From: Candidatus Saccharimonadota bacterium
GTDB taxonomy: Archaea; Micrarchaeota; Micrarchaeia; Micrarchaeales; Micrarchaeaceae
Direction: 5' to 3'
Length of the DNA: 32,000 bases
Assembly (NCBI RefSeq): GCF_002214165.1
Contig: NZ_CP019964.1
Span: 540,001-572,000, forward strand
The notes under the pieces are model-generated. The model ran no database searches. It was not told where the DNA came from and worked only from the letters and a program-made list of their open reading frames with translations. Positions 24,951 through 32,000 of the stretch are shown in pieces. How positions within the stretch are numbered: position 1 is the stretch's first letter; every line of letters begins with the position of its first letter. Position numbers and translations under genes: made by a program.

Positions 24951-26002
24951 CTGTCCATTGACATCCCGCACTTTTCGCAGACGAATATCCTTTGGGATAT
25001 CGACATGCTTTGCACATTGCCACATTTGCTGCATGTCATTGATGTATATTGAGGATTCACTTTCATTGCCACGCAACCAGCGCTTTCAGCCTTGTATTGC
25101 AGCAATTGTGTGAAATTTCCCCAAGAAGATTCACTTATCGATTTTGCGTATCTGTGGTTCTTCACCATATTGTTTATCTCTAAATCTTCGTACGCGATGA
25201 ATGAATAAGAATTCACCAGTTCATTTGAAATCTTGTGGATGCAATCCAATCTTATCCTTGAAATGTGCTCTGAGTATCTTGCAAATCTTGCCACTGCCTT
25301 TCTTCTGTTGGATGATCCCTTCTCCTTCCTCGATATGTTTTGTTGAAGGACTCTTGAATGTTTCCTCTGGTGTTTTGTTATCTTTGCGTTTTGGAGTATT
25401 GTATTGTCCGAAAGCGCGACATATTGCATTATTCCTAAATCAATACCAATCTTCGGTTTACCGTTTGAAATGAATGGCTTGTCCTCCTTTTCAACAGCAA
25501 TCGTGATGTACCATTCCTGTGATTTTGTCTTCTTTATATTTAATGTTTTTATCCTCCCTTCAATATTTCTGTGGTTCACGAAATTTATTCTCCCTACTTT
25601 TGAAAGTTCAACCTTCTTCTTCTCTATCTTGAAGCCATTGGTTTGGGGATATGTCAAGGATGATACGAACTTCTTGTATCTTGGAAATCCTGCCTTTACC
25701 TTCTTTCCTTGCCTCTTCTCCTTGCACCTCAAGAAGAAATGTTTGTATGCATCTGACACTCTTTTTGAGATATTCTGAAGCACCTGGGAATGGATTTCCG
25801 CAAATTCCGGTTTTTCCTTCTTTAATTTGGTTATCCAAACGTTCATCCTGAATTCCGTTAAGGTTTTTCCTGTCTTCTTGTAATATGACTTTGACTTTTC
25901 AAGAAGCAGGTTGTATAGTTCCTTTGAAAGATACATCTGTCTATTCAGAGTTCCCTTCTGTTCCTTTGAAGGATATGCACGATATTCGTATGCAGTTTTC
26001 AT
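24791..26002 (-). CDS. tnpB: TnpB (IS605 OrfB / IS1341-type RNA-guided endonuclease)
   Basis: N-terminal KTAYEYRAYPSKEQ. The RuvC-like triad contexts are IGIDLGI (D), IAYEDL (E) and DRDVNAAQNI (D). The zinc ribbon is CSKCGN..(x)..CEKCG. A TATAAATA box lies about 25 nt upstream of the first ATG (26011). The second ATG (26002) gives the canonical MKTAY start. Confidence 0.9.
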   Translation of the reverse strand: MKTAYEYRAYPSKEQKGTLNRQMYLSKELYNLLLEKSKSYYKKTGKTLTEFRMNVWITKLKKEKPEFAEIHSQVLQNISKRVSDAYKHFFLRCKEKRQGKKVKAGFPRYKKFVSSLTYPQTNGFKIEKKKVELSKVGRINFVNHRNIEGRIKTLNIKKTKSQEWYITIAVEKEDKPFISNGKPKIGIDLGIMQYVALSDNTILQNAKITKHQRKHSRVLQQNISRKEKGSSNRRKAVARFARYSEHISRIRLDCIHKISNELVNSYSFIAYEDLEINNMVKNHRYAKSISESSWGNFTQLLQYKAESAGCVAMKVNPQYTSMTCSKCGNVQSMSISQRIFVCEKCGMSMDRDVNAAQNILKRALDSISPTTEGHSGSQACRDDIRPSARGAVAYEAGTTLVAS

Positions 26003-26056
26003 ACAAAACATGTATATTTTATTATCTGTATTTATACATGTTGTGGTGGCTTATAT

Positions 26057-26077
26057 CCCACCGCTGAAGCGTGTGGG
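26057..26077. repeat. subterminal hairpin at the tnpB 5' side (LE-like): CCCAC-CGC-TGAA-GCG-T-GTGGG
   Basis: It has the same architecture and orientation as 24745-24765. The inner stem has two compensatory base-pair changes. Confidence 0.75.
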
Positions 26078-26120
26078 TTTTACGCCAAATTTGATAATTC
26101 GTGAATTCACCTTTAAATTG

Positions 26121-26396
26121 TCAACTTCCTTTCCTTATGCTTAACATTATTTTATGGCTTCTTGGAAACTCGAATGCAAGAAGCTTCTTTATCTTCTTCT
26201 TAAGCTCCTCATCCGATATTGAAAACTTCGAGTTTTCAAACCCGTCTTCTTCAATTGCGAATCCCTCTTTGCCTTTTGTTATCCTTATAGTCCTGTCTTT
26301 CTTAAAGCTGGACAGTATGACGGACTCGCCTTCTTCAAGCTTCAATGCTTCGGAATAAACAGTCCTCTCCGCATTCCCAAATGCTATCCATCCCAT
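26121..26396 (-). CDS. hypothetical small protein (91 aa)
   Basis: An ORF with non-repetitive, charged/beta-rich composition (MGWIAFGNAERTVYSEALKLEEGESVILSSFKKDRTIRITKGKEGF...). I recognise no family. The start could be TTG 26402 or ATG 26396. Confidence 0.45.
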   Translation of the reverse strand: MGWIAFGNAERTVYSEALKLEEGESVILSSFKKDRTIRITKGKEGFAIEEDGFENSKFSISDEELKKKIKKLLAFEFPRSHKIMLSIRKGS

Positions 26397-26574
26397 GACC
26401 AAGCATCATTGACAATGGAGAATCCAAAAAATAAATATCTTTCTAAGAAGTGCAAAGATATTTTAAGCCCTAAAAAGGAAAAGCAGCCCTTGATTGGAAA
26501 GCTTAACCCTGATAAATCAAAAGGTTTTTTAAGTTCGGTATGCAAATTAGGATGTGCAATGCTGGCGGTTTGCA

Positions 26575-28104
26575 ATGTTCAACCATAATAAAAAAGCAAA
26601 AAATTACAACGGCCTTGTGTTTGAGGCCGAGAAAACACCATATCCACTTTACGCAGCAGCAACACTATCAGCCGTGCTTGCAGTGCTTTTCCTTTCATAT
26701 TTCATAATAATGAACAATGCGTTGATGATCCTGGCATCTTTGATCCTTTTCATAGCGTTGTCGTTCGTTATAATAGCGGAAGACGAGTACATGAATATCA
26801 CGCTTGGACTTGCAATTGCATTCATATATGCGAGCAGCGCAGTATACTTCAACGTTCCAGAACTCGTATTGGTTTTCCTTATATCAGTCTATACATTGAT
26901 CGTTATATTTGCAGGGTCCAAGATAAGGCTGAGCGCGAAGATTATATTGTTCATAGCCTTTGTGGTGCCTATGCTGATGTCCGCGCTAGGGTTTAATGCA
27001 GATGAGAACCTTACAATAAATGTAGGCATAATCGGGTATTACCTTCTAATAAGCCTAGCGATAGCGGTATCTATAAGATTCATCTTCAGTAAAGGAAAAT
27101 CCAGGTTCCCAAACAAGCTGTCGTCATATTACAAATCCCTAAGCGGCACTCCGTTCTACATACTTGCTGCGATAATATGCCTGATACTGCTAGTGCTTCC
27201 AATATATCCGATGCAACCCTCGTTCAATCCATCCCTTCTGCCATACTCAACTTTGACACTAAATTCCTCGTCAAAAGCAAATTTTATATACCTTTACCTC
27301 AACCTGTCAAAATTCAAGCATTTCGAGGTTTATAATGCGAGCAGCATCGGATTTTACACCCTGTCTGGGAAGCCGATAGATGCGAATATAGCGAAATCGA
27401 TAACAAACCTTTCGGCCGTGCCAGCAATGCTCAATATAAGCCCATCAAACACGACAATTAAAGTGATGTTCTTTGTCCCTAAAAATGAGTCGCATACAGT
27501 GCAGGATCTTGAGTCAACCAACAGGACCACAAATGCCGTATCAAGGATAAGCAACGCGAGCAGGTTCAGCTACCGCAATAAAACAATATCCTACAGCATT
27601 TACCAAAAAGTCAATTATACCAAATATGAGGGCATCGAAAAGTTCCAGAAATACTACACCTATGACAGCATATGTCAATCGGATTATCAGAATTCCTATG
27701 CATTCAAAGTCAATGGCAGCCATGCCTTCAGCCTGTTCCAGTTCAGCAACAGTTCATCTTTCGACAACGCTCTTATAAAATCAAAGAGCGACACATACAA
27801 TGGCTATAACCAATCCTTCAGAAATTACTCAACCAAGCAGTTTTATAACGTAGCAAATGCCACCCTGCCTGTCTCCAACTGCACGGACTTTGCAATATTG
27901 ACAAACAGCACACTGGATGTGGGCACAACTGTATATTATTATAGGTATGATGCCGCGATGGAGAACATAAGCACCGAGTTTCCATCCTACTGGTATGTGA
28001 ACAAATCCTTTGTATCCGGAAGATATTCATTCCTGCCCGCCAGCCTCAATTACCTGTATAATGTTTATAAAACAGACACTATGAATTCAACCAAATCCAG
28101 CTGA
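26575..28104 (+). CDS. polytopic membrane protein with a large extracytoplasmic domain dense in N-glycosylation sequons
   Basis: About 7 hydrophobic helices fill the first roughly 220 residues. A following region of roughly 290 residues is rich in N/S/T/Y and carries about 21 N-x-S/T sequons. The track start is GTG 26554; ATG 26575 is preferred. No family recognised. Confidence 0.6.
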   Translation: MFNHNKKAKNYNGLVFEAEKTPYPLYAAATLSAVLAVLFLSYFIIMNNALMILASLILFIALSFVIIAEDEYMNITLGLAIAFIYASSAVYFNVPELVLVFLISVYTLIVIFAGSKIRLSAKIILFIAFVVPMLMSALGFNADENLTINVGIIGYYLLISLAIAVSIRFIFSKGKSRFPNKLSSYYKSLSGTPFYILAAIICLILLVLPIYPMQPSFNPSLLPYSTLTLNSSSKANFIYLYLNLSKFKHFEVYNASSIGFYTLSGKPIDANIAKSITNLSAVPAMLNISPSNTTIKVMFFVPKNESHTVQDLESTNRTTNAVSRISNASRFSYRNKTISYSIYQKVNYTKYEGIEKFQKYYTYDSICQSDYQNSYAFKVNGSHAFSLFQFSNSSSFDNALIKSKSDTYNGYNQSFRNYSTKQFYNVANATLPVSNCTDFAILTNSTLDVGTTVYYYRYDAAMENISTEFPSYWYVNKSFVSGRYSFLPASLNYLYNVYKTDTMNSTKSS

Positions 28105-28112
28105 TTATAAAT

Positions 28113-28694
28113 CTATCTCATCTGTTCCTTCAGAAAGTTTGCCACAATCGAGTTGAATTCATCGGGCTTGTCAAGGTAGCATGCGTGCCCTGCGCCTTTA
28201 AGTATCGCAAGCTTTACGTTCGAAGCGACGCTCCTAAAAGGTTTGGATATAGGGTCGTTGCCTCCCCATATACCTAAAATATCAATTCCATTGAGTTTGC
28301 CAAAGTCGACCGATTCATATACTGGATCTACAAGTATTAGCTTACGCAGCAGATGCGCATGCTTTTCCGCAAATTCCAATGCTATCCTGCCGCTTGCGCT
28401 TGCGCCAAGCAGAACCGCATTGGAATGCATTTTGTCCTTTATGAATTTTTCCAGCAGCCTTTCTATATCGTCCTGTGAAAGTTTGGCTTTATTTTCACTC
28501 TTCGGGAATCCCGGGACATCCAGTGAAAATACCTCATATCCAATCCCTTTCAGCTTTTCGACCAACCCTACATCTATCCATACCTGTGTACTGAAATTGT
28601 ATCCATGCATCAGAAGTATTGCATCATTCCCTTCGGCCCCTGAATGAAAATATAATATCTCCTTATCGTCAAAAATAAATTTTTCTTTTTCCAT
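28113..28694 (-). CDS. alpha/beta-fold hydrolase (small, 193 aa)
   Basis: HG motif (LLMHGYN), a variant nucleophile elbow GASASG, a late Asp (GGNDP) and His (GAGHACYLD). Substrate unknown. Confidence 0.65.
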   Translation of the reverse strand: MEKEKFIFDDKEILYFHSGAEGNDAILLMHGYNFSTQVWIDVGLVEKLKGIGYEVFSLDVPGFPKSENKAKLSQDDIERLLEKFIKDKMHSNAVLLGASASGRIALEFAEKHAHLLRKLILVDPVYESVDFGKLNGIDILGIWGGNDPISKPFRSVASNVKLAILKGAGHACYLDKPDEFNSIVANFLKEQMR

Positions 28695-28859
28695 GGACTC
28701 ACTATACCATTATGGGTTCATAAAAATATAAACGGTTCCAATCAAATAAAATATCGGCATAGTTTAAAATTATACTAAATTTACCTATGAAATAACAAAT
28801 AACTTAAAAATATATTTCATCAAATCCTTAAATTAGAAGGATTTTATAGAGATGAAACA

Positions 28860-30542
28860 ATGGCGAAATTCGTACTGGTAGCAGATTCTACCCTAATCTA
28901 CACATATCATGACTTTCCTTTGCTGGATTTCTTGCCAAGTGCACCAAAGAAGACAGTTCCATCAGGAGTTTACAATTTTTTGAAAGGAGAACATCCAAAG
29001 TACATGGACAATGGAGAACTTCTCGTGGCTCCATATTCGATAAGGAAGCTTGAAGCAAAGCTCCTTGAGAAGTATCCAAGGAAAGACGTAGCAGTCGTGG
29101 ACGGCAACAATGCGGCAAAGTTTATTGATGCAAATACCGAAGTAATAGGGGTATCCACAATGGATCCATTTGGGATAGGGCCACTGACAATGTCCTATGC
29201 GGTGCTTTTTGGTGGCGATTTCTACGCATGGGTCAGGCGCGACTTCGAGATTCTGATAAACAAATTAAATGCAGCGAGGAAAGGCAAGAAGGCGAAGCTT
29301 GTGGTTGGAGGTCCGGGGGTTTGGGATTTCACGGTGCTTAAGGAGGAATTCGAAAAAATGAACATAGACTATGCGGTGCAGGGAGAGACTGACGATGTCC
29401 TTATAGACTTGTTTGAGCAGCTGACTGCAGGCCAGATAGACAAGTCAATGTTCAATACGGGATACCTGACATTCAACGACAAATTCCAGATGAGCTCCGT
29501 AAGCGATGAAAGATTTATATCAAGGAAATCATATGGCCATTATCCGCCTCTTGAAAAGATACCCGCTATAGTAAGGCCTTCAATAAAAGGGATGGTTGAG
29601 GTAATGAGGGGATGCGGAGTAGGATGTGATTTCTGCGAAGTGACATTAAGGCCTCTCAGATACCAGCCATTGGATTTCATAAAGAAGGAGATTGAAGTCA
29701 ATATAAAATCAGGCACCACAAATAAGGCATGGCTGCATTCTGATGAGTTCTTCGGCTACAAGCATGGAAAGTTCTTTGAGCCAAACCAAGAGGCGTTGGT
29801 AGACCTTTTCACGCAGATAAAGCAGATGCCAGGGGTAAAGTATATGAATCCGACGCATGGAAGAATAGCGATACCCGCAGGATTCCCCGACCTGATAAAA
29901 AGGCTTTCGGAAATTGCGCAGGCAGGCCCGAGCAACTGGATAGGCCTGCAGGTTGGGCTTGAAACAGGGAGCGAGGAACTGGCAAAGAAGCATATGCCTG
30001 CGAAGACATTGCCTTTGAAAGTAGGCTCGGACGGCTCATGGCACGAGATAGTATGGAGGGGTGTGCAGACCTTCACAAAGTACTACTGGCGTCCAGCGTT
30101 TACTGTGCAGGTAGGCCAGGATGGAGAAACCGACGATGACAATTGGGAAACCGTCGCGCTCATAAACAAGCTAAGCAATTCGTACGTGGACGGCAGGCCA
30201 TTCGAGTTCACTGTAACACCCATGGTAAATGTGCCTATGGGAAGGATAAAGTCGCATAGCCTCAACGAGGATGTGCTAAAGCCTTCGATGTTCGCAGTGT
30301 ACTATGCAGCTTATAGGCACTTGAGGAAAATGGCATTGAGGGATGCACGCGCGGAATCAAAAGGAAATCCCCTTACGAGGATTGGCACCACGGCCGCAAT
30401 GGACATAGGAAGTGGCATACTGCTTAACTATATAGGTAAGCTTGCAAAGAAGTCGGGAGTGGATCTTGAAAAGGCAAGCACCTATGGGCTCAGCGGAAAC
30501 AAGGGGAAGATGATAGAATCCGTGTCGCAGATTGATGGGTGA
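28860..30542 (+). CDS. radical SAM enzyme with an N-terminal B12-binding-like (Rossmann) domain
   Basis: The CxxxCxxC cluster motif is MRGCGVGCDFCEV (C252/C256/C259; nt 29613-29636). It is preceded by a VIGVST...KLVVGGPGVW module typical of B12-binding-domain radical SAM proteins. Function not assignable by eye. Confidence 0.8.
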   Translation: MAKFVLVADSTLIYTYHDFPLLDFLPSAPKKTVPSGVYNFLKGEHPKYMDNGELLVAPYSIRKLEAKLLEKYPRKDVAVVDGNNAAKFIDANTEVIGVSTMDPFGIGPLTMSYAVLFGGDFYAWVRRDFEILINKLNAARKGKKAKLVVGGPGVWDFTVLKEEFEKMNIDYAVQGETDDVLIDLFEQLTAGQIDKSMFNTGYLTFNDKFQMSSVSDERFISRKSYGHYPPLEKIPAIVRPSIKGMVEVMRGCGVGCDFCEVTLRPLRYQPLDFIKKEIEVNIKSGTTNKAWLHSDEFFGYKHGKFFEPNQEALVDLFTQIKQMPGVKYMNPTHGRIAIPAGFPDLIKRLSEIAQAGPSNWIGLQVGLETGSEELAKKHMPAKTLPLKVGSDGSWHEIVWRGVQTFTKYYWRPAFTVQVGQDGETDDDNWETVALINKLSNSYVDGRPFEFTVTPMVNVPMGRIKSHSLNEDVLKPSMFAVYYAAYRHLRKMALRDARAESKGNPLTRIGTTAAMDIGSGILLNYIGKLAKKSGVDLEKASTYGLSGNKGKMIESVSQIDG

Positions 30543-30600
30543 AACCTTGTGCGGATAAGTTAATGCCCGTGCTCTTTTAATTTTGGTGGGTTCAGGAGGC

Positions 30601-31218
30601 TTAATTGACCGCTATCACCGCATTTGCGAGTTCGATCGAGTGGAATGGCCCTTTTGCAATTGATCCATTAATGGTGTAAATAGCCCATATGCTCCCAGAA
30701 ACGAAAGAGCCGCTTTTGTTTGGTATTATAGTGGAGTAGCTTATAACATCAGAGTCAATAGAATATGAATCATTGAAAGTCGCATGCATTATGTAGCCGC
30801 TCTCCAAATCGCTGAATTCCGTGTCGTTGTTTACAATGCCATTCACTATCTCCCTTGCAAGCACCGATTTATCAGGATATGAATACAGGCTGCTCAAATT
30901 ATTTGGCATAACCGATCCATTGGGAACAAAAGCGATTGTCGCAAATTTCCAATTTTTATTTGAAAGCTGCCCTAATGTTGCCAAGAATCCACCTGGATAG
31001 CTGCTTGGCATCGCGCATATGGCACCTTTCGCGGCAGTGCATGAGGTCTTGATGCTTGAAGAAGAAGGAATTGCGAGGGGATTGCCTTCATTGTTTATCC
31101 TAAATCCATTCAGGGCCAATAACGCTACAACAACAACCGCTATTATCATGACGAATATTATCGCCAGCCCATATTCTGCAATGGATTTTTCCCTCTTTTG
31201 CTCGCTTTTGGACACCAT
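30601..31218 (-). CDS. secreted/surface protein with an archaeal class III (type IV pilin-like) signal peptide
   Basis: The N-terminus MVSKSEQKREKS-IAEYGLAIIFVMIIAVVVVALLAL has a charged head, a small residue, an early Glu and a hydrophobic helix of about 22 residues, as in archaeal prepilins. The mature part has 6 N-x-S/T sequons. The cleavage site is not certain. Confidence 0.45.
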   Translation of the reverse strand: MVSKSEQKREKSIAEYGLAIIFVMIIAVVVVALLALNGFRINNEGNPLAIPSSSSIKTSCTAAKGAICAMPSSYPGGFLATLGQLSNKNWKFATIAFVPNGSVMPNNLSSLYSYPDKSVLAREIVNGIVNNDTEFSDLESGYIMHATFNDSYSIDSDVISYSTIIPNKSGSFVSGSIWAIYTINGSIAKGPFHSIELANAVIAVN

Positions 31219-31366
31219 AAATATCGCTTTTCAATATGCACAGTCTACATGCGCATATGATATATAAATAAATTGTCCCAATATTCACAATCTTCAAAAC
31301 GGTTATGTCAAAATCAGAAACAGAAAAAAGAATTAGGTAATGCAATTTTTGAGGTTCAAGCAGGAA

Positions 31367-32000
31367 TCACGGGTAATTCCTGTTCATCATCCTTGGGTAT
31401 GGTATCGCATCCCTTATGTGGTCCAATCCCATCATCCACTTTATCACTCTTTCCATCCCCATCCCAAATCCCGCATGGGGCACGGAGCCGTATCTTGCCA
31501 AGTCTATGTACCATTTATAGTTATCCATGTTGAACTTTACGCCTTTTGCCTTTTCAACTTGGCCGAACCTTTCCATAAGCTCGTCATACTTGTAGATCCT
31601 TTGGCTTGCTCCTATTATCTCCCCATTCCCATGTGGCGCCTGCATGTCAGCGCACAATACGGTCCTTTCATCTTTGGGGTTTACAGGCATGTAGAAAGGC
31701 TTCAGCTCTTTTGGCCAGTAGGTGATGAATATTGGTTTGTCTTCGTCTTCCGTGAGAAGCCTCTCCTCTTCAACACCGAAGTCGTCTCCCCACTTTAGGT
31801 CTTTGCCCTTGTCATTTAGGATCTCAAGTGCCTTCTCATATGTTACTCTCTTGAATGGGGGCTTTACTATCTTCAGCACCTCCTTGTCAATGCCAAGCTC
31901 CTTTAGGGATTCTTCATCATTGTCGACAACATGCTGTGCTATGTAGCTTACCAGGTTTTCCTGAAGCTCCATATTCATCCCTAAATCATAGTAAGCCATC
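31367..32000 (-). CDS. asnS: asparaginyl-tRNA synthetase (class IIb), C-terminal part; N-terminus lies beyond the window
   Basis: Class II motifs 2/3 are present. APHGNGEIIGASQRI and WYIDLARYGSVPHAGFGMGMERVIKWMMGLDHIRDAIPYPR closely follow the AsnRS pattern (WYLDLRRYG(T/S)VPHSGFGLGFER...IRDVIPFPR). An AspRS assignment is less likely. Confidence 0.8.
   Translation of the reverse strand, partial: MAYYDLGMNMELQENLVSYIAQHVVDNDEESLKELGIDKEVLKIVKPPFKRVTYEKALEILNDKGKDLKWGDDFGVEEERLLTEDEDKPIFITYWPKELKPFYMPVNPKDERTVLCADMQAPHGNGEIIGASQRIYKYDELMERFGQVEKAKGVKFNMDNYKWYIDLARYGSVPHAGFGMGMERVIKWMMGLDHIRDAIPYPRMMNRNYP

Larger units (their letters stand above)
24735..26100 (-). mobile_element. IS200/IS605-family, tnpB-only (IS1341-like) insertion sequence; boundaries approximate to about +/-20 bp
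   Basis: A tnpB ORF is flanked by matching subterminal hairpins at 24745-24765 and 26057-26077. There are no terminal inverted repeats and no tnpA. The element occupies the gap between a small ORF (stop at 26121) and rtcB (start at 24687). Confidence 0.75.

Noticed and set aside
1-32000. Apparent enrichment of tRNA-related functions (csaA, trpS, rnz, rtcB, asnS and two tRNAs).
   Set aside because: The genes are dispersed, lie on different strands and in different operons, and are interleaved with unrelated genes. This is most simply a coincidence of housekeeping genes in a compact genome.
1-32000. Search for CRISPR arrays, cas genes, toxin-antitoxin pairs, a reverse transcriptase/retron or DGR, and rRNA genes.
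   Set aside because: I saw no regularly spaced direct repeats and none of the corresponding protein signatures in any listed ORF. The only tandem repeat is the trinucleotide tract at 18960-19041.

Overview
This window is a gene-dense, moderately AT-rich archaeal chromosomal segment. Archaeal origin is supported by an archaeal/eukaryal-type TrpRS, CDC48/VAT, Hel308, RtcB and isopentenyl phosphate kinase. It is also supported by two intron-less tRNAs without encoded CCA, TATA-box/leaderless promoter geometry and a pilin-type (class III) signal peptide. A plasma-membrane-type H+-ATPase and surface proteins heavily loaded with N-glycosylation sequons fit a Thermoplasmata-like lifestyle, but taxonomy cannot be fixed from this window. 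Most genes are housekeeping or transport: tdk (partial), csaA, two APC permeases, amt, a P-type ATPase, uppS, trpS, rnz, cdc48, ipk, hel308, dcd, rtcB and asnS (partial). There are also two alpha/beta hydrolases, a processive GT2 glycosyltransferase, a DUF488 protein and a B12-like radical SAM enzyme. The only clear mobile element is a tnpB-only IS200/IS605-type element (about 24735-26100) inserted just upstream of rtcB. It is bounded by two covarying subterminal hairpins. I found no CRISPR array, no cas genes and no convincing multi-gene defence or biosynthetic cluster. The items most worth follow-up are single-locus oddities: (1) the TnpB element and its presumed omega-RNA abutting the rtcB promoter; (2) a 35-codon ultra-acidic micro-ORF on a (GAN)27 tract upstream of cdc48; (3) an AAA ATPase / PD-(D/E)xK nuclease fusion gene preceded by two identical 20-bp palindromes that bracket its TATA box; (4) a truncated polyprenol-kinase-like remnant next to tRNA-Ala; (5) a DEDDh-type exonuclease whose last catalytic Asp is Gly. 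All family calls rest on motif recognition by eye; no database search was run.
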